64,000 nt of DNA from Candidatus Obscuribacterales bacterium (GCA_965228855.1 CBDDIJ010000002.1:2368001-2432000), one strand, 5' to 3'. Shown: positions 1 to 8,950, numbered from the stretch's first letter. A program made the numbers and translations. Notes: a model not told the origin generated them from the sequence alone.

Positions 1-203
1 GCTTGTCTCGTGCTGAAGCTAAGACGACTCCGGAGAAACGACCAGACCTTAGCGCTACCGACAAAATCACGGAACTGTTGCCGGATTCTCTCCCGACTGG
101 AGCGCCTATGGAAATGACTGCCGAGATCAGCACGGAAATTGGCATCGCCGACAAGGTTGATGCTCAGCCAGGCGCCAATGATTCTCCTGCTGAAGTCGGG
201 TGA
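1..203 (+). CDS. 3' end of a hypothetical protein (5'-truncated by window edge)
   Basis: Frame open from the window start to TGA at 201-203; acidic, low-complexity tail. Confidence 0.5.
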   Translation, partial: LSRAEAKTTPEKRPDLSATDKITELLPDSLPTGAPMEMTAEISTEIGIADKVDAQPGANDSPAEVG

Positions 204-314
204 CAAACGGCTCTTTTGAAAGCGGACTGAAGCGTTTCTCCTAGGCATCAGCAAACGGGTGTTGCGCTACAACGTTGGTGAGATCACAAATCATGTCTCA
301 CGAGGGGTTTCGAG

Positions 315-1238
315 ATGTTAGAAAATATTGCTCAAAAAGAAGTGGCGGCAAGAAACCACCGCAGATGGCTGCCACTTATGTCGCTTGCACTCGCATCAGT
401 TAGCACCGTTGTACTGGGTCTGCCAGGTTTCGCAGCAGATACAGTCGTGCAACGCAAGATATTAATGACTAACGATGGAATGACTGAAACAACCACCACT
501 ACTACCACGGAGCGCGCTTATCCGGCCATGGTCAATGTGGACAGAGTCGTAGTTCCGGCTGACCGAGTAGTTGTACCGACAGTAGAACGCGTCGTAGTCC
601 CCGGTCCGGTAGTTGCGGACTCGGTAGTAGTACCCGCGGTGCCTGTGTCAACGACAACAGTAGAGAAGGTCGTAGTACCGGCTACTCCCGTGGCTGTGCA
701 GAAAGTCACCATCGATGGTGCGATTTACAAGTCTGCTCTGGAAACTAGATCGAAAGCCATTCGAGCCGTTATTGCATCGAACATTTCAAATGGAACGCTC
801 ACTGCCGAGCAAGCTGCTCGCTATAGAGCAGAGCTCGACCGTCTATCCGCGCTGGAACTGGCAATGGATAAGGGGGGCGCATGGACCTACGAAAAGGTTC
901 TTCCGCTCGCTTACGAATATGACCTTTTGGGCACCAACCTGAAGGTGGTCAACTACACACCGTTTGTACAAAGCGGTAAAGTGATCTTCTCTGACGCCCA
1001 CGTTGTTCAAATCGACGATTTGATGAATCGCCGAGCTGGACTGGAAGCGAAAATCAGCATGCAATATGCAGATGGAAAACTTTCGGCATCGGAAGCCGAC
1101 CGCCTTCGCGGCATGCTTAATCATGTTGCTGTTGTAGAAAGTGGGTTCCGTGCTGATGGTGAAATTTCAGACAAGGAAGCGAAAACACTTTATGGGGAAT
1201 TCGACAAAGTCGGTTCCGCTATAGACAAAGCGCTTTAA
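315..1238 (+). CDS. Secreted hypothetical protein with VVVP repeats and two C-terminal helical repeat units
   Basis: 307 aa; GAGG upstream; signal-peptide-like N-terminus ending GFAA; repeated (D/E)(R/K/S)VVVP; two G.L(T/S)..(Q/E)A.R units. Confidence 0.8.
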   Translation: MLENIAQKEVAARNHRRWLPLMSLALASVSTVVLGLPGFAADTVVQRKILMTNDGMTETTTTTTTERAYPAMVNVDRVVVPADRVVVPTVERVVVPGPVVADSVVVPAVPVSTTTVEKVVVPATPVAVQKVTIDGAIYKSALETRSKAIRAVIASNISNGTLTAEQAARYRAELDRLSALELAMDKGGAWTYEKVLPLAYEYDLLGTNLKVVNYTPFVQSGKVIFSDAHVVQIDDLMNRRAGLEAKISMQYADGKLSASEADRLRGMLNHVAVVESGFRADGEISDKEAKTLYGEFDKVGSAIDKAL

Positions 1239-1290
1239 ATACGTTGCACCGCATACGGTGACAATAAGTGATGGTTAGCCAGGAGGGTAC

Positions 1291-1605
1291 ATGAATAGAC
1301 TGCGCATGTCGGTAATGATTTTAGGATTTGCCGTCATGGTCGGAATGCTCGTGTATCCGCCCTGGGTTGGCCAGGGCGCCGATGGGCAATCTCAGCCGAT
1401 GGGTTACGGTCTCCTCTGGAGTCCACCATCACACAACGTTGAGGTTCCAGCGCTCGAATCCAAGTGGATCAATATCAACTTAAGTGAAACCCGGAAAGCA
1501 AATTCGGTCGACTTCGGCCGATTGCTACTTCAAGAAGCAATCGCATTTGCCGTCTTATTCGGTTTCAACCGGATGCTGAGTGGTGGCCGCTCGAAACAAG
1601 CATAG
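1291..1605 (+). CDS. Small membrane protein, two hydrophobic segments
   Basis: AGGAGG RBS before ATG; N- and C-terminal hydrophobic helices. Confidence 0.75.
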   Translation: MNRLRMSVMILGFAVMVGMLVYPPWVGQGADGQSQPMGYGLLWSPPSHNVEVPALESKWININLSETRKANSVDFGRLLLQEAIAFAVLFGFNRMLSGGRSKQA

Positions 1606-1731
1606 CTTGCAGATCGCCGTCGACTCAGTGGAGTTTACGTGCTGGCTTTTAATCCTACGAATTTCTGTTTCACTCTATTATTGCTGAGGTCCTCTATGGC
1701 TGCCACTATTTTTTTCCAGGAGGATAGTTTT

Positions 1732-2085
1732 ATGGATACGGAGAAAACTCCTTATGTTGATGATGGCGGACGCAAAGTCATCATCATCGAGAGAGACTCC
1801 GGAATCGGATGGGCAGTGGCTTTCATTGTTCTTGCGATTGCAATTGGGTTTGGCGTCATCTTCTTCATGGATCAGCAATCCATGATTGAGTATAAAATCG
1901 AAAAAGCAGTTTTGAAGATGCAAAACGAAAACGTCGCGCAAGACGGCTTGCCGGATTTACAAATCCCGAGCAGAGCTGGACTCGTAAATCCTAGCGAGAC
2001 GATTTGGAGCGCCGGCGAAGTGAAGCCGAGCGCAACCGATATGGCGAGCAAATCGGCGTCCCTGAATGCCGTTGTAACAAGATAG
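1732..2085 (+). CDS. Single-pass membrane hypothetical protein
   Basis: AGGAGGA at 1718-1724 precedes ATG 1732; TM segment IGWAVAFIVLAIAIGFGVIFF. Confidence 0.7.
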   Translation: MDTEKTPYVDDGGRKVIIIERDSGIGWAVAFIVLAIAIGFGVIFFMDQQSMIEYKIEKAVLKMQNENVAQDGLPDLQIPSRAGLVNPSETIWSAGEVKPSATDMASKSASLNAVVTR

Positions 2086-2124
2086 TCCCTGCGACGACGT
2101 TGGCCGCGCCAATCTCCGGCTCTA

Positions 2125-2787
2125 CTAATCACCCATGTTTTTAGTGAAAAGAGCGAGAACGTTTGCAACCTGCGACTGATACTCTTGAGGGTCGACAGGT
2201 TTGGTCATGAACGAGTTTGCAAAGTGACCATATGTTTTGCGAACATCCTGCGGGTTCGAAGACGTCGTCAGGATGATGACAGGTATATGGCGCAGAACGT
2301 CGTTGCTCTTTATGTCGATGAGCAAATCGTAGCCGCTGCGACCCCCGCGAAGGTTTAAATCCAGGAAAATAATGTCAGGCAGCTCATTCGAACTCGCCTC
2401 TTTTAACTTGTCTATTTTCTCCTGAGCTTTCTTGCCGTCTTCATAGACTTCTACGGTTGTTGGAAGCGCGGTAATTTTTGCCAGGCTTTGTTTAAACAAG
2501 AAGACGTCGGGCTCGCTGTCCTCGACCAGCATGACTTTGATGGGCGGCTTAGCATCATCGGTGGCTTCGGCGGAAAGCATCAATTCTGAGATATTGGTGT
2601 TCAGAGCGTCGGCAATTCCTTTCAGGCTGTCGATGCTTATATTTTTGGAACCGCCTTCAATGTTGTTTATGTAGGTCCGGTGGAGGCCGGCGCGCTCGGC
2701 CAGCTCCGTCTGCGATATGCCCATCGCCTCTCGACGCTTTCTTATAACTTTTCCTATCGCTCCGAGAAGGTCTGATGAATCGGCCAT
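2125..2787 (-). CDS. XRE-family HTH fused to a C-terminal receiver domain (response regulator)
   Basis: SQTELAERAGLHRTYINNIEGG HTH; receiver motifs MLVED, IIFLDLNL, IILTTS, FMTKP. Confidence 0.9.
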   Translation of the reverse strand: MADSSDLLGAIGKVIRKRREAMGISQTELAERAGLHRTYINNIEGGSKNISIDSLKGIADALNTNISELMLSAEATDDAKPPIKVMLVEDSEPDVFLFKQSLAKITALPTTVEVYEDGKKAQEKIDKLKEASSNELPDIIFLDLNLRGGRSGYDLLIDIKSNDVLRHIPVIILTTSSNPQDVRKTYGHFANSFMTKPVDPQEYQSQVANVLALFTKNMGD

Positions 2788-2820
2788 GGTCGCAATTCCT
2801 TATATATGTGCGTGTTTCTA

Positions 2821-2838
2821 TGTAGAGTATACCCTACA
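2821..2838. promoter_or_regulatory. Palindromic operator TGTAG-N8-CTACA, copy 1
   Basis: TGTAG-agtatacc-CTACA, 33 bp upstream of the XRE-REC start. Confidence 0.6.
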
Positions 2839-2978
2839 AAGCCCATGCAGTCACTGTTTGTAGTTTAGAATCACTGTTCTTGTATTTTAAAAACTGCTGG
2901 CGCTGTCTCTTTGTTTACGCCTGGTTTCCTGTAGGTGAGTATCCGTGGGCTGTTGGGTTCAAGGTTAATGTATTGAAC

Positions 2979-2996
2979 TGTAGTGTGAATTCTACA
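2979..2996. promoter_or_regulatory. Palindromic operator TGTAG-N8-CTACA, copy 2
   Basis: TGTAG-tgtgaatt-CTACA, ends 6 bp upstream of TTGACA. Confidence 0.6.
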
Positions 2997-3002
2997 AAAA
3001 CG

Positions 3003-3031
3003 TTGACACATGTATTCTCGTGTAGTATATT
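3003..3031 (+). promoter_or_regulatory. Sigma-70-type promoter of the sigma factor gene
   Basis: TTGACA (3003-3008), 17 bp spacer, TATATT (3026-3031). Confidence 0.7.
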
Positions 3032-3038
3032 TAGTACA
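3021..3038. promoter_or_regulatory. Operator copy 3 (one mismatch) overlapping the -10 box
   Basis: TGTAG-tatattta-GTACA. Confidence 0.5.
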
Positions 3039-3149
3039 GTAGGCGGTTGGGGCAAGTAGGCTAAACCAATTACGGAATTAAGCGGAAGCCGAGAGCGAAT
3101 GGGCGTATCCATTCGGTGGCTTTGCTGCGAACATCCCAGGAGGTCAGTT

Positions 3150-4130
3150 ATGTCAGCGCTAAGCGGAAAGCGTTATGTTGAAGATTATAATGAACAGAAC
3201 GAGTTCAACTCTTCTGACAGCGCAGTCGTTCCATTCTCGCGAACTCAAGCCGACGACATCGAGCATGCGTCCAACGTTCGAGTCTTCGACAAAAGAAAAA
3301 GTCATCAGCCCGTTAAGAGCTACATGGATACTATCGGGCACATCAAAGCGCTTTCGGTAGAAGAAGAAAGAGAGCTCGTTGTTTTGGCAAAGAAAGGCGA
3401 TCAGCGCGCGCGAAACGTCCTGACTCTTGCTAATTTAAAGTTGGTGGCATCGATCGCGAAACGGTATGAAGACCGGGGTCTCCCCATGATCGATTTGTTA
3501 CAGGAAGGCAGTATTGGTTTGATGTCTGCCGTGAAGAAGTTCGACCCTCAACTCGGTCATCGATTTTCAACTTACGCTGCATGGTGGATCAGAGAAGCAA
3601 TCACTCGCGCTCTGTCGAACAAATCGAGAGTAGTTCGATTACCTGTTCATTTGAATGAATTGATGACTAAGGTACGTCGCGTGCGTAGTTCGCTTGCCGT
3701 CAAGTACGGACGCCAGCCTACCACTCAAGAAATTGCCGACGATCTGCAAGAGAGTCTGGAGAAAGTCGAAAAGGCGCTAAACAGCTCTCAACCATGTTTG
3801 TCGCTCGATCAAAAAGTTTCCACTGCCGACGACGAGGGTTGCACTCTCGGTGAAACCATCATGGATGAAGACGGTGCGACGCCAGTCGATGAGGCCGACA
3901 CTCACTATGTTTCTTCGCAGATCAGCACGCTGCTTTCGAGCTTGAACGAGAAGGAGCGTAAGGTCGTTAGAATGCGATTCGGACTCGGTACTGGTGAAGA
4001 GAAATCGCTTAGAGAGATCAGTGCAGAGATGGGTCTCACTCGCGACCAAGTTGGAAAAATCTCGTGCCTCGCAATGAGAAAACTCAAAAAGTTAGCCCGG
4101 AGAGAAGAGTTTGAAGGCTATCTCGCCTAA
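3150..4130 (+). CDS. Sigma-70 family RNA polymerase sigma factor (RpoD/SigA-like, no region 1.1)
   Basis: AGGAGG then ATG 3150; ANLKLVASIAKRY, DLLQEGSIGL, RFSTYAAWWIREAI, VRLPVH; region 4 HTH. Confidence 0.93.
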   Translation: MSALSGKRYVEDYNEQNEFNSSDSAVVPFSRTQADDIEHASNVRVFDKRKSHQPVKSYMDTIGHIKALSVEEERELVVLAKKGDQRARNVLTLANLKLVASIAKRYEDRGLPMIDLLQEGSIGLMSAVKKFDPQLGHRFSTYAAWWIREAITRALSNKSRVVRLPVHLNELMTKVRRVRSSLAVKYGRQPTTQEIADDLQESLEKVEKALNSSQPCLSLDQKVSTADDEGCTLGETIMDEDGATPVDEADTHYVSSQISTLLSSLNEKERKVVRMRFGLGTGEEKSLREISAEMGLTRDQVGKISCLAMRKLKKLARREEFEGYLA

Positions 4131-4149
4131 GGACTCAGCCTGAGAGAGA

Positions 4150-4203
4150 AAATCAGATGCCCGCGACTGCTTACACGGATGGCAGTCAGCGGGCGACTGA
4201 TTT
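4150..4203 (+). terminator. Long hairpin after sigma gene
   Basis: AAATCAG..GCCCGC.GACTGC pairs with GCAGTC.GCGGGC..CTGATTT. Confidence 0.55.
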
Positions 4204-4450
4204 GTGGACGTTCTCTGGAAACTGACAGCCAGACTAGTTTTGAACAGATCTTTGAACATCCTACTCAAAACTGTTCAAAACCTCGAAACAGTTTTTGCTT
4301 TCTTGGTTCGATGGCGCAACCACCAGCACCTGATGTAGTGGCGTTGTGATCGGAAGTCGGGTAAATCAGCACAGAGACAGCCGCTCTGCGCTATGTATTC
4401 AGTGTCAAGGGTTACATAATGATACCAACGATAGTGTCTTGGAGGTAAAG

Positions 4451-4843
4451 ATGGTTTTCTTAATTAGACTGGTTCTGCTAGCACTAGCGTTCCAATTCAT
4501 TCTGCCAATGATTCCTGGAATCCAGGTACATGGCGGCTTTGTGACATCCTTGCTCCTGGCTCTGATGTTCTCCATTTTGGGCGTTGTAGTAAGTTGGGTC
4601 GCTGCGCTTATCACTGCATTCCTCGCGATTGGAACGCTGGGGCTTGCGCTGATCGTTCTAATACCACTGTGGCTGGTCGGCTTCTGGCTTCTTCCAGCAT
4701 ACACACTGATGTTGACTTCAGACATGATGCCAACGTACCTGAGTGTAGCCGGTTGGACTCCAGCCATCCTCGGCGGTTTGCTTACGCTGATTATCGGTAT
4801 TGCCACCGATTCTGATAACTTCAGGAAATCGAGAGCTGTATAG
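4451..4843 (+). CDS. Phage-holin-like (DUF360/YvlD-type) four-TM membrane protein
   Basis: GGAGG before ATG 4451; PGIQV, TLGL and W.PAILGGL patterns; four hydrophobic helices. Confidence 0.7.
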   Translation: MVFLIRLVLLALAFQFILPMIPGIQVHGGFVTSLLLALMFSILGVVVSWVAALITAFLAIGTLGLALIVLIPLWLVGFWLLPAYTLMLTSDMMPTYLSVAGWTPAILGGLLTLIIGIATDSDNFRKSRAV

Positions 4844-5227
4844 ATTATTTTAGAAACAGGTATCGAGCCAAGTTTGAAGATGTGTTCGGGATCCATAGAG
4901 AGCTGCAAGTATGCAGCTCTTTTTGTTTCAACAGAACTGACCATGGTGCTTCGCACTTTACGCTCACTCATGTACACACACACATACAACAGATACTTAC
5001 GAGCTAAACTAGCTACCCAGCCCCCTATTTTTCTTAGTAATCGTTTTCCTAGCATTATTCTATGTATGTGCATATAAATGCGAGAGGAGACGCCTATCGG
5101 CTTCTCCTCTTGCATTTGGGCGGGGTATATTTGTTGTGCTTCGCTATCGTTGCGAATTTGGGGTCCGGTTATGGTCGACTTCTTAGTGAATAACCGTTAA
5201 CAAACGCACCGCATGTGGTATCGTTAG

Positions 5228-5482
5228 TTAAACTCTCGAGCGTCCGATCAGTGACATCAAGAAGATCAGAAGTGCTGAGCCGAGAATTGCCGGGAGCAGC
5301 GAAACGCCTGCCAGAGCCGGTCCAACAGAACCCATCAGGGCACCACCAATCCAGGCACCAATAATGCCTACGACAACGGCGGCGAGAAATCCACCAGGAA
5401 TTCGTCCTGGCGCGATATAGTCAGCGATACCTGCGCAGACCGCTGCAACCAGACAGTAGAACAAAAATCCTAGTATACTCAT
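5228..5482 (-). CDS. GlsB/YeaQ/YmgE family stress-response membrane protein
   Basis: 84 aa Gly-rich three-TM protein (GIIGAWIGG, PAILGS); GGAGG RBS. Confidence 0.85.
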   Translation of the reverse strand: MSILGFLFYCLVAAVCAGIADYIAPGRIPGGFLAAVVVGIIGAWIGGALMGSVGPALAGVSLLPAILGSALLIFLMSLIGRSRV

Positions 5483-5617
5483 AACGCCTCCAGTAATGTG
5501 GTTTGAACGTGCCTTAACGAGTGTTTAGTAGCACTGTCGTTGCAAACCGTTGCCGGATGTAGGCGTCCTTTGTCGCTGAAGCGGCGCTTTCTAAGGCGTT
5601 TTACGCCGTAGCTGCTC

Positions 5618-6496
5618 CTATGGATTATTGGCTGGATTGGAATAATTTCTATCCCGCGACTGACCCATGTCCTGGTTGTGATTAGTGTAGTATTTCGGTC
5701 CCCAGTTTTTCTCACCAGCTTCCCAGCGTCCCCTCATCTCCTTATAAATCACATCGCGCTGTTCATACAATTTACGCCGAAGAGTGGCGTCCTGGCGCTG
5801 TTCTCTGGGAAGCATGTCGACAGCATTTGCGAACCACTTATTGGCTTTTTCGCGAAATAACGAATCGCTGCCTTTCTCTTTGCCAACCCACTTAACGCGA
5901 ATAATTTCGACATCCTCGTCGGCAGGTGGTTTCGGTTTCTTCGGTCTATATGCCTGCATCTTACTGCTGTCACTAACCTGGTTGCGAATGCTCCTGCAAA
6001 TCGCGTCCAGTTTCGATTTCACCTCTTCCTCCGGTGCGCCTGATTTGACGGCATTTTCCATGTCGTCCCAGGCAGGTATATATGCGCCCAAACCGACGCC
6101 GCGCTCTCTGGCCGTCAGCAGCCATTTTCGAACGTTCTTCCGATCCGTCTCATAAGGTCCCGGAGAGGCTTCGCTCGGCTCAAGTGTTGATGCCGCAGAA
6201 GATGCGCTCACAGGCGACCCTGCCTTAGCTGGTATTGCAGCGGTCGGCTCCGCATGAGGTGGAGGAACCTGTGAACCTGTCGGAGAGGTCACTGGTGATG
6301 TCGAAGGCTTTGTCGCAGAGGTCGACACTTCACCGTTGAGTTTGGTTTCCGTGGGAGGAGCCAACGGAGCGCTTGATGGGACCGCGGGAAAGCTCGTGCT
6401 TTGCGGTTTCGGCACATCTGTGACTTCGGCGGTCGCGGCGTAGGCCGGAGCGCATGCTAGAGAAAGGATGAGCGCAAGGTTTCGGGCTTTTCTCAT
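5618..6496 (-). CDS. Secreted hypothetical protein with Pro/Ser/Thr-rich linker
   Basis: Signal peptide ending PAYA; low-complexity linker then helical domain. Confidence 0.75.
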   Translation of the reverse strand: MRKARNLALILSLACAPAYAATAEVTDVPKPQSTSFPAVPSSAPLAPPTETKLNGEVSTSATKPSTSPVTSPTGSQVPPPHAEPTAAIPAKAGSPVSASSAASTLEPSEASPGPYETDRKNVRKWLLTARERGVGLGAYIPAWDDMENAVKSGAPEEEVKSKLDAICRSIRNQVSDSSKMQAYRPKKPKPPADEDVEIIRVKWVGKEKGSDSLFREKANKWFANAVDMLPREQRQDATLRRKLYEQRDVIYKEMRGRWEAGEKNWGPKYYTNHNQDMGQSRDRNYSNPANNP

Positions 6497-6551
6497 GGTT
6501 AAACTCAAAAAGTGGAGACTCTGAATTCTTTATACCTTGAGATGCCTGTTT

Positions 6552-7226
6552 CTAAAAGTGGGATTTAGAACTGCAATTTCGGGTGTGCTCGTTCCAGCTG
6601 ATACTTCGAATCTTGGTGGCGCGACTCTTCAAATCCAGAGTGTGGAGGGCGCGACTGAGAAATCTGTAGGTGGTGAGAGATGAGCAATTGCCGACAAGAG
6701 TTGCTGCAGTTTCGCCCTCACTGTCGACTATAACCAGTGTGGGAAAAGCGAATATGCGAAATTTCTTCTGGAGGTCGGTTACAAGACGCGGGTTTTTGCC
6801 AAGATCTTTCAATCTGTCTGTGACGCGGACCGGCATGAAGTGCTCATCTATGAGTTTATCAACCTGCGCGTTGCTAAGTGAGGTGTTTTCCATCTTTTTG
6901 CAAGGGTCGGACCATGGTGCGTAGAATTCGTAAAGAACAAACTTGTTTTGTGCGCGACTTGCGGAAAGCACTTTCTCAATTTCTACCATGCTGTCCGGTG
7001 AAACATCCATCACCGGCGGTGGTACAAATTCCTGCCTACTAAGCGCCGCTGGTGAGTTTAACGGAACCATCTCCTGCCATTGAACCGATTCACGCGTTGG
7101 TTGCGGCGTCGACGATTGCGCTAGACTAACTCCTGTCTCTATCAAGCGAGCACAGAGTAAAATTGCTGCCATCACTACCAGTGCGCGAGGCATGTCTGAA
7201 GTCGATCGTTCTCTAGTTTGTTCCAT
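6552..7226 (-). CDS. Membrane-anchored thioredoxin-fold protein with SxxC motif
   Basis: EFYAPWSDPCKKM, cis-Pro-like FAFPT, N-terminal hydrophobic helix; overlaps permease stop. Confidence 0.8.
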   Translation of the reverse strand: MEQTRERSTSDMPRALVVMAAILLCARLIETGVSLAQSSTPQPTRESVQWQEMVPLNSPAALSRQEFVPPPVMDVSPDSMVEIEKVLSASRAQNKFVLYEFYAPWSDPCKKMENTSLSNAQVDKLIDEHFMPVRVTDRLKDLGKNPRLVTDLQKKFRIFAFPTLVIVDSEGETAATLVGNCSSLTTYRFLSRALHTLDLKSRATKIRSISWNEHTRNCSSKSHF

Positions 7227-8013
7227 AGAAAAACTCCCGTTTGTTTGTCGTCGCAATGGCGAAAGCCAGGTACAGTGAAACTGCGGAGCCATAGGCAATA
7301 AGGGGGGCAAGACTGAAAGCTTTTGTGCTGATCAAGTCATAGACATTCACCGTGGGTAGTATCAAGTCTGCTATGTAGGTTGACACCGACAGCATAAACT
7401 TAGTCGCCTCCATTGACAGGTCCCCTCCGACGCTCATGCCTGCGACGCTGACAGGAGGGATGGTTTGACCGGCGAGCCAGATGTAGAAGGATAGAATTGC
7501 CACTATCTGAAAGGCTGGATTTCGATTCAGCATCGTCAGTATCATGGCTGCGGAAATTAGCCCTGCGTCCAGAAATCGTTCAACGATCATACTGAGTACT
7601 GCTGAGGCGGTTATCGCTTCGCCAAATCCGAATCCGATTGCGCAAATAATTATGTTTTGCAGAGCGGCGAAACCGCCTCCGATCATCGTAATCACGAGCC
7701 ACTTGCTCAGCACGTACTCCGAGCGCGTAATCGGTCTCGTGAATATGAGTGGCAGGTACTCTCCGCCTCGGCCCTGAGTTGCGCTATTACCCGCCAGACC
7801 GAGACAAAGCACCATGAGAACAAAGGCAACACCAACTTTTCCTGTTAGCATCTCGAAGGTTTGAGAATCTGCCGCCCCGTGAAACATTGATGCGACTTTC
7901 ATGCCAATCGGCATGACGAAACCGAGCATCGCCACGTATAAGAGTTTCAGTGGATCAAGGCAAGCTGACATTGCTGTAAATTGCATAATTGTTCTATTCA
8001 TTATTTGCTTCAC
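7213..8013 (-). CDS. ABC-2 type exporter permease
   Basis: About six TM helices; TRPITRSEYVLSKW motif; follows the ATPase. Confidence 0.85.
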   Translation of the reverse strand: MKQIMNRTIMQFTAMSACLDPLKLLYVAMLGFVMPIGMKVASMFHGAADSQTFEMLTGKVGVAFVLMVLCLGLAGNSATQGRGGEYLPLIFTRPITRSEYVLSKWLVITMIGGGFAALQNIIICAIGFGFGEAITASAVLSMIVERFLDAGLISAAMILTMLNRNPAFQIVAILSFYIWLAGQTIPPVSVAGMSVGGDLSMEATKFMLSVSTYIADLILPTVNVYDLISTKAFSLAPLIAYGSAVSLYLAFAIATTNKREFFYGTN

Positions 8014-8950
8014 CTCCTGACTCGCCTGTGAACAATTGCTCGAGGCGCATGCGCTCGGGAACGGCTTCCTCTACAGGAACACCTCTTGCAACCAATTCCT
8101 TGATTAGACCCGTAGCGGCGTGGTGATCTCTGACGCGGAACCGTCCCCACTCGTGGTGGCACTCGGTCAACACAGATTGAGACAGGTTGGCCGCCTCTTG
8201 TACAATCGCACCGAGCGAGCCGTTGAGAAGGTTTTCACTCCATCGAACGTACATCATATAGTCGGTGATATTTCCGCCTTTGATTGTTTCAATTGATGCG
8301 ATTTTACCCTGGCGAATGAACGCAACGCGGTCGCAGAGTCGTTCTACTTCATCTAACTGATGCGAGTTTATGATTGCAGTAATGCCGCTATCGCGCATAT
8401 TCTTTATGATGTTCCGAACGACGGCCACTCCGGTCGGATCTAGCCCCAGAGTTGGTTCGTCGAGCAGAGCTAGCTTCGGTTTCCCGATCAGAAGTTGTGC
8501 CAGGTTGAGCCGTTGCAGCATTCCTCTGGAGTAAGTGCGAAGACGCCGGTCCCATGCCGAGCGTGCTAGCTCGACCATCTCGAGCGCCTCCTCGATGTCT
8601 TGCTTTTGGGTTCTGTGATCTCGCCCGGCCAAACCGTGATGATATTGAAGAAATTGTCGTCCGGTCATCCAGTGCTCGAAGTCTGAGCGTTCCGGTACAT
8701 AGCCTGTCTCCTTCCGGACAGAGACATAGTCTGCCGGTCGCCCCAGTATGCGAATCGTCCCGGCGTCAGGTTTGAGAAGCGCGAGTAGGCACCCGATCAA
8801 AGTTGTCTTGCCTGCTCCGTTGGGACCGATTAGACCAAAAATCTCGCCTTTGGCAACTGAGAAGCTTATGCCATCAAGCGCACAAGTGTTGCCACCCTTG
8901 TATGTCTTGCGAAGCTCATTGACCTCGACGGCGGTTTCGTCTTGATTCAT
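7994..8950 (-). CDS. ABC transporter ATP-binding protein
   Basis: GPNGAGKT, YSRGMLQR, LLDEPT, SH switch. Confidence 0.95.
   Translation of the reverse strand: MNQDETAVEVNELRKTYKGGNTCALDGISFSVAKGEIFGLIGPNGAGKTTLIGCLLALLKPDAGTIRILGRPADYVSVRKETGYVPERSDFEHWMTGRQFLQYHHGLAGRDHRTQKQDIEEALEMVELARSAWDRRLRTYSRGMLQRLNLAQLLIGKPKLALLDEPTLGLDPTGVAVVRNIIKNMRDSGITAIINSHQLDEVERLCDRVAFIRQGKIASIETIKGGNITDYMMYVRWSENLLNGSLGAIVQEAANLSQSVLTECHHEWGRFRVRDHHAATGLIKELVARGVPVEEAVPERMRLEQLFTGESGGEANNE

Noticed and set aside
2821..3038. TGTAG-N8-CTACA read as NtcA or cyanobacterial LexA boxes
   Set aside because: NtcA needs GTA-N8-TAC and these are GTA-N10-TAC. AGTATATTTAGTAC is one base too long for RGTAC-N3-DGTWC.
4451..4843. 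Holin-like gene as evidence of a prophage
   Set aside because: No endolysin, structural or integrase genes; this family is commonly chromosomal
4405..5115. 236-aa minus-strand ORF
   Set aside because: Antisense shadow of the hydrophobic membrane gene; no motif
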